DNA of 64,000 bases from an uncultured Lachnospiraceae bacterium (lineage in GTDB: Bacteria > Bacillota > Clostridia > Oscillospirales > CAG-272), in the NCBI GenBank assembly GCA_964638675.1, contig CAZXAU010000010.1, positions 8,272 to 72,271 of the forward strand. Direction: 5' to 3'. Below, piece by piece: positions 46,829 through 54,510 of this stretch. The notes beneath the pieces are model-generated. The model was not told the origin of the DNA. It did not search any database and saw only the letters and a list, made by a program, of their open reading frames with translations. The position numbers and the translations under genes were made by a program. Each line of letters starts with the position of its first letter. Positions within the stretch are counted from its first letter, which is position 1.

Positions 46829-46971
46829 TTTTATAACCATAGCTTTCGCTTTACGAAAGCTTCCTTTCTTTCGGAATTGGGGCTGGTTTTGCGAGGCAAA
46901 ATCGCCGCCGCGACGGTGACGAAAGCCACAAAACGCCGTTTGAAAGATTTATCTTTCAAACTTATCTCCTT
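46829..46971 (-). promoter_or_regulatory. Conserved structured 5' leader element, copy 2 of 3 (unclassified)
   Basis: The palindrome is at 46938-46961. A 55-nt block (46830-46884) is identical to copy 3. Confidence 0.6.
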
Positions 46972-47108
46972 GAATCAGGTGATTTTGTTTTTGTTATGTA
47001 CCCGATATGATTGCTTTTGCATTGCATGTAGAAATGATGCCGTCAAGTAATAAAATGATATTTCTCAAATGTGATATAATTCTTAAAGTAACAAACCACT
47101 ACTATATT

Positions 47109-47137
47109 ATTATACCGTAAAATCAACTATTTGTCAA
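47109..47137 (-). promoter_or_regulatory. Consensus sigma-A promoter of the MoxR/vWA operon
   Basis: On the minus strand, TTGACA-17 nt-TATAAT, an exact consensus match. Confidence 0.7.
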
Positions 47138-47202
47138 GCAAATTTGTAAAAAAACACAATGATGCAAAAAGAATACAGAACAAAAAAACTACATTTAAAC
47201 GC

Positions 47203-47240
47203 AAAAATCCCCCTCAAGTCATTGACTGAGAGAGATTTTT
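47203..47240 (-). terminator. Imperfect hairpin terminator after the pilin gene
   Basis: ATCCCCCTCAAGTC-att-GACTGAGAGAGAT contains bulges and is flanked by A5 and T5. Confidence 0.45.
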
Positions 47241-47273
47241 GTAATTATAAGATGTAAGAAAGTGAACTAATTA

Positions 47274-47639
47274 TTATTCCTTTACAACTTTTCCACTTTC
47301 ATTAACAGTGTAACCTGCAGGAACCTTAACGGCTTCTTTAACAGCAGATGATGTACTACCGGATTTAATTTCGTTGCCGTCAGCATCCTTCAAAGTAACA
47401 GTAACTGTTCCGTCTTCACCAACAGCATATTCAACAGTCTCAACCGTCTTAGCCGGATTTTCAACTATAGCATCAAGCTGAAGAGAATGAGCAAGTTCAG
47501 CAACCTGTGACTCAGCTACGCCGGCATTAGCCGTTTCAATATATCCCGAATATACCGGGATTGCTACTGCTGCGATAACAGCCATGATCGCAATAACAAC
47601 GATCAATTCAATAAGTGAAAAACCTTTGTTTGACTTCAT
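47274..47639 (-). CDS. Type IV pilin / pseudopilin (prepilin-type N-terminal cleavage/methylation domain)
   Basis: MKSNKG|FSLIELIVVIAIMAVIAAVAIP has Gly at -1, Phe at +1 and Glu at +5. RBS GAAGGAGA. Length 121 aa. Confidence 0.85.
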   Translation of the reverse strand: MKSNKGFSLIELIVVIAIMAVIAAVAIPVYSGYIETANAGVAESQVAELAHSLQLDAIVENPAKTVETVEYAVGEDGTVTVTLKDADGNEIKSGSTSSAVKEAVKVPAGYTVNESGKVVKE

Positions 47640-47777
47640 TTTTGAAATCTCCTTCATTTTTAATAAATTTATCCCAAGGCACAAGCCACAGAGAACATCC
47701 TTTATCACACTTTGATCTTCAATACTCTCCGGAATCGCAGATATCCCACGTAAAACAAATCAAAATACGATATGGTT

Positions 47778-47806
47778 AATATAACACAAAGGCATTAAAA
47801 AGTCAA
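47778..47806 (-). promoter_or_regulatory. Putative sigma-A promoter of the pilin gene
   Basis: On the minus strand, TTGACT-17 nt-TATATT with a TGT extension. This predicts a 5' UTR of about 130 nt. Confidence 0.6.
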
Positions 47807-47896
47807 TATCAAATTTCATCAATTGTAATTTTTTTTTCACGAATAAAATGCTTTACGATACACTGCGTAAACGAATTATCAGAAAGCTTTTACGGT

Positions 47897-49066
47897 TCAT
47901 TCCCCTAGCGACGGTTTAATTATATTATCAATAATAAACTCTGCGGTGGAGTCGATCTCGTTGAACGCTACTGTTTTCGGAAGCGTGACAAAAAATGCAC
48001 TTTTTGTCTTTTCTATAAGCTTATCGGTATATACAATACAGCCGTCCCGGATATCCTCAATTCCGTCCAGAGCTATCGATTCCCTGTTTTTCGCCGACAT
48101 TTGCTCAAGCGTGAAATGGCTTTCATCAATATAAGCCGACATTTTTTCTCCGTCTATTATGACCGGGTATCCGCCTATATTTCCGAATACACCCGGTGAG
48201 TGGATAAGCTCCCTGCTTTCATTATCAAGCGCAGAGAGTATACTCATGATAATATTAAAATTACTCGATGCATTCATCATGTTCCGTTTCTGATCGCTCG
48301 GCATTGCAATAGAGCAGAGACTGAATATCCTTTCCTGATCTATTTGGAGCGTCTTACCGCTATATGATAGATATAAAAGCTGACTTACGCCCTCAGTATG
48401 ACCTTCCTTACTTATCACAACATCATGAAAATGTGAGCTTGCAAGGCTGACCGAGACATTCCAATAATCGGATATGCCGATCTCCTTAGCCACAGCCATT
48501 TTTATACGTGGGATCAAATGATTCAAGTTTCCGCTTCCGAAATCGGGACATGTAAGACCGGCAGATTTTAACCACGGAAGTGTTGCATCCGAATATGATG
48601 TATTTATTACGATAGCATTGCATCCAGATTTTTCGTATGCAAGCATGATATTTCTGATATACCTGACAGACAACGGTGTCCATATTCCGTATGCACGCAG
48701 ATTCTTCCATGATATCGAACCGTATTTCAGTCCTGCATATACACGACTTGTGTTCACAATGATATCGGGCGAGCACCTCTCAAGCAGATCACTGATCGAC
48801 TCAACGCTTTCAAGGTCTGTATTTCCTTCAACAATGACACGGCTGCGGCAGATTCCTCTTATTGTTGCGGCAACAGTTGCGATATTTACATCCTGTTGCA
48901 TCTTTTCGGTATTTCTGCCTGCAACAGTAATTTCAATACGCTCATCACCTACACTCAGCAGATAATCAAGAAGATAATTACCTACACTACCGAGCCCGAG
49001 TATCATTATTTTAATTTTGCCGCACTTCAATTTTTCTTTTATTGCTTTCAGTTTATTCTCAAGCAT
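47897..49066 (-). CDS. NAD(P)-binding Rossmann-fold protein, possibly saccharopine-dehydrogenase-like, unknown function
   Basis: N-terminal KIMILGLGSVGNYLLDYL (GxGxxG). No further family motif recognised. The start is ATG 49066 (or 49078). Confidence 0.55.
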   Translation of the reverse strand: MLENKLKAIKEKLKCGKIKIMILGLGSVGNYLLDYLLSVGDERIEITVAGRNTEKMQQDVNIATVAATIRGICRSRVIVEGNTDLESVESISDLLERCSPDIIVNTSRVYAGLKYGSISWKNLRAYGIWTPLSVRYIRNIMLAYEKSGCNAIVINTSYSDATLPWLKSAGLTCPDFGSGNLNHLIPRIKMAVAKEIGISDYWNVSVSLASSHFHDVVISKEGHTEGVSQLLYLSYSGKTLQIDQERIFSLCSIAMPSDQKRNMMNASSNFNIIMSILSALDNESRELIHSPGVFGNIGGYPVIIDGEKMSAYIDESHFTLEQMSAKNRESIALDGIEDIRDGCIVYTDKLIEKTKSAFFVTLPKTVAFNEIDSTAEFIIDNIIKPSLGE

Positions 49067-49208
49067 GTTTATAACCATAGCTTTCGCTTTACGAAAGCTT
49101 CCTTTCTTTCGGAATTGGGGCTCGATTCTCCTCGAATCGGCTCTTTTCGGTGACGAAAGCCACAAAACGCCGTTTGAAAGATTTATCTTTCAAACTTTAT
49201 CTCCCTCA
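49067..49208 (-). promoter_or_regulatory. Conserved structured leader element, copy 3 of 3 (intra-operonic, unclassified)
   Basis: The palindrome is at 49172-49195. The element begins at the TGA stop (49206-49208) of the upstream gene. Confidence 0.6.
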
Positions 49209-49955
49209 GAATTCAGCTCTCCTGAAATCGGCAAGCGTATTGCAGTTTATCCATTCCTTCATGAATACAAAATTTATATTCCCTTTACGCTTCTGACTGC
49301 CGAAATAGCTGTTTATCAGCACAAGATTTGTTCTCTGGCTTCCTGTGTCACCAAGCTCATCCGACAACTCGAGCAAAAGACCGCAATCGGAAAACTTCCA
49401 TATCTGTGCCGAGTTATATATCGCCTTGAAGGGTGTTTTTATCTCAAGACAGCCGTGCAGAACGTCATATATATAATTTATCCTGTTGCTTTCATCAATA
49501 TAAAATGCAACCGATCTGTCAGCTGAGATCGTTTCAGAGTTTACACTGACAACATCTCCGTCAATCGATTTTATTTTCAAAAAGCTCTCGCTGTCAAAAA
49601 AGAGATCACCTTCGGCGAAGAGAATTTCATCGTATTTATTGCCGTCATTCAATGCCGAAAGCCCGACATATAAACTGTAGCCCGAACCGTATTCACGGTA
49701 GAACTTATTTTCAACAAGAATAATTTTGGCACGAAGCTCATCGGAGACAGTACTCTCAATATATCTTTTGAGCCTATCGAACATAAAACCGCCAACAACC
49801 ACTAGTCTGTCATAGTCACCTGCAAGAGTCAGGAGTCTGTAGAGCAATGTTTTATGTGGATCTCCGTCATTGTATATACATTTGACCTGCGGCTGATCAA
49901 AATCCTTTGAAAACCTTGACGCCACGCCGGCAACAGTTGTTATAAAAGCCTTCAT
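49206..49955 (-). CDS. Nucleotidyltransferase (LicC/MobA-like NTP-transferase fold)
   Basis: N-terminal TTVAGVASRF (a GxGxR-like variant), then VVVGGF...ILVENKFYREYGSGYSL, then EGDLFF. Confidence 0.65.
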   Translation of the reverse strand: MKAFITTVAGVASRFSKDFDQPQVKCIYNDGDPHKTLLYRLLTLAGDYDRLVVVGGFMFDRLKRYIESTVSDELRAKIILVENKFYREYGSGYSLYVGLSALNDGNKYDEILFAEGDLFFDSESFLKIKSIDGDVVSVNSETISADRSVAFYIDESNRINYIYDVLHGCLEIKTPFKAIYNSAQIWKFSDCGLLLELSDELGDTGSQRTNLVLINSYFGSQKRKGNINFVFMKEWINCNTLADFRRAEF

Positions 49956-50959
49956 TAGTTGTCTACATTCTCCTTCCTGCAGGCAACTATCATTTCAATC
50001 CCCTCACTCAGCGAGATCTGCGGACGCCATGACGTTCTGCTGCGTATCTTTTCTGTGTTCAGAACACGCCTTTCTGGGTCGGATGCACGATAACCTTCAA
50101 AAACTATTTTCGGCTCTTCGATTCCGAGCTTTTCCGAGCAGAGATATACAAGATCGATGATTGAGATCTCCTCATCTGTCGCAACATTGTATACCGTTCC
50201 GTCAAGAGCATCGGGCGAATCTATGAGTGCAAGAACAGATGCACAGCTGTCTATATTGTGCAGAAAAGTCCTCTTGTTCTTTCTCGAATTCTCAAGCAGT
50301 GTAACCCCCTTGTCCTTTATCAGTCCGTTTATTATATGCGGAAGAATATGCTTTGCAAAGCGTTCGTTCTTGCTGTATACATTTGCAAAGCGGATAGAGC
50401 ATCCCTTGATCTTCTTGTTGTCAACAGCGTCCTTCATAAAGAATTCTGTCATGAGCTTGCCGACGGCATAGCTTGTACGCTGACTGTGTTCGGCGTTGGC
50501 AAGCATCAGATAGTCGCTCTCGCAGACGCCGCCTTCCTTGAAGGATTGCATTGAGTATACTTCGGATGTCGAACAGTTTATGAATGTATCGGCATTGTTC
50601 TCTATTGCCTGATCGAGAAAGCTTTTCATGCCAAGAACATTCGTTTCAAAGGTACTGTTTACCTGATAGAAATACTCGGTATGCACGACAGCGGCACAGT
50701 TTATATAGATCAGGGAGTCATACTTTTCCTTCTTAACCTTTACAAGTAATGAGATCTTATTCATATGCTCGGCATTATTCAGGTCATATTCAAAGAAATT
50801 CATCATCGGATGGTCTGCAATATCGGCGATCGTATCTATTCCCGAGCAAAAGAAATTGTCAAAGCCGATGATCTCCCCCTTTTCCTGCCTGATTATCTGT
50901 CTTGCAAGCTCGTTCCCGGTCATTCCGGTCACACCACTTATCACATATAAGTTTTTCAT
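49955..50959 (-). CDS. NAD-dependent epimerase/dehydratase (extended SDR)
   Basis: Contains SGVTGMTGNEL (GxxGxxG) and YAVGK (YxxxK). Confidence 0.85.
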   Translation of the reverse strand: MKNLYVISGVTGMTGNELARQIIRQEKGEIIGFDNFFCSGIDTIADIADHPMMNFFEYDLNNAEHMNKISLLVKVKKEKYDSLIYINCAAVVHTEYFYQVNSTFETNVLGMKSFLDQAIENNADTFINCSTSEVYSMQSFKEGGVCESDYLMLANAEHSQRTSYAVGKLMTEFFMKDAVDNKKIKGCSIRFANVYSKNERFAKHILPHIINGLIKDKGVTLLENSRKNKRTFLHNIDSCASVLALIDSPDALDGTVYNVATDEEISIIDLVYLCSEKLGIEEPKIVFEGYRASDPERRVLNTEKIRSRTSWRPQISLSEGIEMIVACRKENVDN

Positions 50960-50978
50960 ATTAAATCACTTTCTTTTT

Positions 50979-51713
50979 TTATATTCCGTATTTGAGTCTG
51001 ATACGATAAAAGTCGTCGATCTTATCGTTGTACAGGCTCATTTCATATTCTATATCATAGCTGACACGGTTCAGAGAAATGCCGTTCTCAAAATCAAGAA
51101 TTGCATACCCTGCCTTTGGGTCATGATTTCTCGGCTGTCCGACAGAACCGGGATTGATGAATGTTGTTTTCTTTTTGTTCCGCATGATCGGATCGTCACA
51201 GCCGTAAAAAATATCGAATGCGTGAGGTATATGGCTGTGACCCGATAAAACATAGTCATATTCCGAATACGCCTTTTTTTCCGTCAGGTCGGATGCAGGA
51301 GATATCGATTTCCAATAACAGTCGTCAATCGAACCGTGAATAGCCAGAATTTTTTTACCGTCAAGTGTAAATTCAGCCTTCCCGCTTTTGCTTTCAAATG
51401 ACATGAGGGTGTCTATCGTTTCCTTCGTCAGGCATGAGCGTGTATATCCGGCAGACTGAACCCCACGTGCCGATGAAAATCTGCTGAAATTGCCATTGAA
51501 AATCGCATCCTCATGATTTCCCCAGAGTCGGCAGACATACGGCAGCTCAAGCGAGCTAATGAGACCGACGACCTCGTTCGACCTCATGCCGTAATCTATG
51601 CAATCGCCCAGAAGTGCAACGGCATCCGGTTTATATTTTTCGTTTGCATCAGCAAAAACCGCCTCAAGTGCACTCAGATTTCCGTGTATATCGGATATGA
51701 TCAATAATTTCAT
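50979..51713 (-). CDS. Metallophosphoesterase (YfcE/MJ0936-like)
   Basis: Contains ISDIHGN, GDCIDYG, GNHE and GHSHIPH. Confidence 0.8.
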   Translation of the reverse strand: MKLLIISDIHGNLSALEAVFADANEKYKPDAVALLGDCIDYGMRSNEVVGLISSLELPYVCRLWGNHEDAIFNGNFSRFSSARGVQSAGYTRSCLTKETIDTLMSFESKSGKAEFTLDGKKILAIHGSIDDCYWKSISPASDLTEKKAYSEYDYVLSGHSHIPHAFDIFYGCDDPIMRNKKKTTFINPGSVGQPRNHDPKAGYAILDFENGISLNRVSYDIEYEMSLYNDKIDDFYRIRLKYGI

Positions 51714-51786
51714 CTTTTTATTTTTCCCGATATCCCGTAGATTTTACGGTTTCCTTTACATAATCAACTTTATAATTCTGCCGGAT

Positions 51787-51815
51787 ATTATAGCAGATTT
51801 TATTTACTTTGTCAA
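51787..51815 (-). promoter_or_regulatory. Consensus sigma-A promoter of the phosphoesterase-epimerase-nucleotidyltransferase operon
   Basis: On the minus strand, TTGACA-17 nt-TATAAT, an exact consensus match. Confidence 0.7.
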
Positions 51816-51941
51816 GCGTATCATATCATCTCTTTCGGCAATAAATTATCATATCCTTTCATTTGATGGTATATGAAATTACATATTGATGATAGCCCAA
51901 AACAAAAGATTTTGCAAGAGCTTTTTCGTATAACAGAATAC

Positions 51942-51970
51942 TTGACATTTAGATTGAATTGTGATATTAT
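51942..51970 (+). promoter_or_regulatory. Putative sigma-A promoter of the nfnAB-like genes
   Basis: TTGACA-17 nt-TATTAT preceded by TGA. Confidence 0.6.
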
Positions 51971-52047
51971 ATTATGTCGATTGATATTAATTTACATAAA
52001 GATGATTTACGCATATCCTGTATTGATTGAAAGGAATCCTTAATGTC

Positions 52048-52890
52048 ATGTTTGAAATAGTCAAAAAGGAAATACTTAACCCCACTGTGACGAAAATAGT
52101 TGTTTCGGCACCTTTTGTTGCAAAGAAAGCCAAAGCAGGGCAGTTTGTCATAGTAAGACCGAATGCAGATTCTGAAAGAATTCCGCTTACTGTTGCCGAT
52201 TACGACCGTGAAGGCGGTACTGTATCGGTTATATATCAGATAGTCGGAGGAACGACTCTTGAACTGAATATGAAAAACGAGGGTGAGTGTCTGGCAGATT
52301 TTGTGGGGCCTCTCGGAAATCCCACATCTACCGAAGGATTCAGAAAGGTTGCCGTTGTCGGCGGAGGAGTCGGAACTGCAATTGCCCTTCCGGTTGCCAA
52401 GGCACTTCACGAAGCAGGCACGCAGGTGCATTCGATAGTCGGTTTCCGCAATGCTGACCTTGTCATTCTCCGTGATGAATTTGAGAATATCAGCGATAAA
52501 TATATATTGATGAGCGATGACGGAAGTGTCGGCGAAAAGGGACTTGTCACCGATGCACTGAAAAAGCTTATTGAATCGGGCGAAGAATATGACGAGGTCA
52601 TAGCCATAGGTCCTGTTATAATGATGAAATTCGTCTGTAAGCTCACTAAGGAATACAACATAAAAACAGTAGTTTCAATGAATCCGATCATGATAGACGG
52701 CACGGGTATGTGCGGCGGATGCCGTTTGAGCGTCGGCGGAAAGACCCGCTTTGCCTGTATTGACGGTCCTGAATTTGACGGGCACGAGATCGATTTTGAC
52801 GAAGCCATGAAGCGTGGCGGACAGTACCGTGATTGGGAAAGACACAAGTACAGCGAAAACTGTAATCTCTTCAAAAAGGAGGGCGAATGA
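52048..52890 (+). CDS. Ferredoxin-NADP+ reductase-like FAD/NAD-binding subunit with a C-terminal 2Fe-2S motif (NfnA / GltD-partner type)
   Basis: Contains RPFTVADY-like RIPLTVADYD, GGGVGTAIALP, and the Cys cluster GMCGGCRLSVGGKTRFACIDGPEF. Confidence 0.85.
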   Translation: MFEIVKKEILNPTVTKIVVSAPFVAKKAKAGQFVIVRPNADSERIPLTVADYDREGGTVSVIYQIVGGTTLELNMKNEGECLADFVGPLGNPTSTEGFRKVAVVGGGVGTAIALPVAKALHEAGTQVHSIVGFRNADLVILRDEFENISDKYILMSDDGSVGEKGLVTDALKKLIESGEEYDEVIAIGPVIMMKFVCKLTKEYNIKTVVSMNPIMIDGTGMCGGCRLSVGGKTRFACIDGPEFDGHEIDFDEAMKRGGQYRDWERHKYSENCNLFKKEGE

Positions 52891-52891
52891 T

Positions 52892-54292
52892 ATGCCGAAT
52901 ATGTCGACGCCGAACTTGTCGGCGAAAAAAAATGAAATGCCGACACAGCCGGCTGAAATAAGGAAGAATAATTTTGACGAGGTTGCACTTGGATATAGCG
53001 AGGAGGCCGCACTTGACGAAGCAGCAAGATGTCTTAACTGCAAAAACGCCGCCTGCATGAAAGGGTGCCCTGTAAAGGTTGATATTCCCGGATTTATAGC
53101 GAAAATTCGTGAAAAGGATTATGAAGCTGCATATAATGTAATTTCGCTCTCATCTTCCCTTCCTGCCGTTTGCGGAAGAGTCTGTCCGCAGGAGACACAG
53201 TGCGAGGCTCAATGCGTTCGTGGCATAAAGGGTGAAGCTGTCGGAATCGGACGGCTTGAGCGATTTGTCGCCGATCATCATAACGGTTCAGAAAAAAACA
53301 CGGTTCAAATTGAAAAAAATAAAAACGGTATAAAAGTAGCCGTGATCGGCAGTGGGCCTTCAGGTCTTGCCTGTGCCGGCGATCTTGCAAAGAAAGGTTA
53401 CGATGTCACAATTTTTGAGGCGCTTCATGTTGCCGGCGGTGTTCTTGTTTACGGCATTCCCGAATTCCGTCTGCCCAAATCGATCGTCAGCAAAGAAATT
53501 GACAACTTACGGTCGCTCGGTGTCAAGATTGAGCTTGACATGGTAGTAGGAAAGACCTTATCGATTGAAGAACTGATCGGCGATTACGGTTTTAAGGCTG
53601 TCTTTATAGGCAGTGGTGCCGGTCTTCCGAAATTCATGGGAATCCCTGGTGAAAACCTTTGCGGTGTTTTCTCGGCAAACGAATTCCTCACACGAATCAA
53701 CCTCATGAAAGCATATGAGGAAGGTTCGTCTACACCTATAACGAGAGGGAAAAAAGTAGCTGTCGTAGGCGGCGGTAATGTCGCAATGGATGCGGCAAGG
53801 TCGGCTCTGCGACTCGGCAGTGAGGTACACATAATATACCGGCGTACCCGGGCTGAGCTCCCTGCAAGAGAGGAAGAAATCGATCATGCCATAGAAGAAG
53901 GCGTAATATTTGATTATCTTACAAACCCTGTCAGGATCAATTCAAACGATAACGGCAGAGTATCGTCAATTACCTGCATCAGAATGGAACTCTCCGAACC
54001 CGATTCTTCGGGCAGAAGAAAGCCTGTTCCTGTCGAAGGAAGCGAATTCGACATCGAAGCCGATGTGGTTATCATGGCACTCGGAACAAGTCCGAATCCG
54101 CTCATTAAAAACAGTACAGCCGGACTTGAGATAAATTCCCGTGGCGGAATCGTAACAAGCGAATCAGGAGAGACCTCAATAGAATATATATACGCCGGCG
54201 GCGACGCCGTAACCGGTGCGGCAACCGTAATCCTTGCAATGGGAGCAGGCAAAACAGCCGCCGAGGCTATAGATATAAAGCTTTCTGAATAA
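52892..54292 (+). CDS. NADPH-dependent glutamate-synthase small-chain-like oxidoreductase (NfnB/GltD family)
   Basis: Contains CLNCKNAACMKGCPV, CGRVCPQETQCE and VAVIGSGPSGLACAGDLAKKG. Confidence 0.88.
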   Translation: MPNMSTPNLSAKKNEMPTQPAEIRKNNFDEVALGYSEEAALDEAARCLNCKNAACMKGCPVKVDIPGFIAKIREKDYEAAYNVISLSSSLPAVCGRVCPQETQCEAQCVRGIKGEAVGIGRLERFVADHHNGSEKNTVQIEKNKNGIKVAVIGSGPSGLACAGDLAKKGYDVTIFEALHVAGGVLVYGIPEFRLPKSIVSKEIDNLRSLGVKIELDMVVGKTLSIEELIGDYGFKAVFIGSGAGLPKFMGIPGENLCGVFSANEFLTRINLMKAYEEGSSTPITRGKKVAVVGGGNVAMDAARSALRLGSEVHIIYRRTRAELPAREEEIDHAIEEGVIFDYLTNPVRINSNDNGRVSSITCIRMELSEPDSSGRRKPVPVEGSEFDIEADVVIMALGTSPNPLIKNSTAGLEINSRGGIVTSESGETSIEYIYAGGDAVTGAATVILAMGAGKTAAEAIDIKLSE

Positions 54293-54301
54293 AAAAATAT
54301 G

Positions 54302-54331
54302 TGGGGGACCTTTCTGTAGAAAGGTCCCCCA
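54302..54331. terminator. 12-bp GC-rich hairpin terminator after the nfnB-like gene
   Basis: TGGGGGACCTTT-N6-AAAGGTCCCCCA. The T-tract is better on the minus strand. Confidence 0.7.
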
Positions 54332-54510
54332 GTTACATTTTCGACAGAAAATGTCATCTTCCCCCTTCAAAGACTTTATTAAAAGGGGTGTATATAAGGG
54401 CTTCGCTCAAATTTTGCTGAATTAGCAATTGCTTGAACTGTAGCCGGCATGGGGCCCCTGCCCCACAAGGTTTATAGGAATGGTGTTAAAAAGGATAATT
54501 TAGATATTAT

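Noticed and set aside
46831-46959. Possible leader peptide starting at the TTG inside the invariant palindrome, behind the SD-like AAGGAG (MKDKSFKRRFVAF...). It is 42 codons in copy 2 and ends 2 nt before the main ATG.
   Set aside because: The equivalent frames give 21 codons in copy 1 and 35 in copy 3, with stops at unrelated positions, and only the first ~15 codons are shared. The conservation pattern fits structure better than coding. I keep it only as a minor alternative that ribosome profiling could test.
47640-47771. c-di-GMP riboswitch in the pilin 5' UTR, as found upstream of pilA1 in C. difficile.
   Set aside because: I could not find the conserved cores I remember for GEMM-I (GGCAAA...ACGCAAAGC) or c-di-GMP-II (…GCAACCGACC pseudoknot region). 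A cmscan would be needed to settle this.
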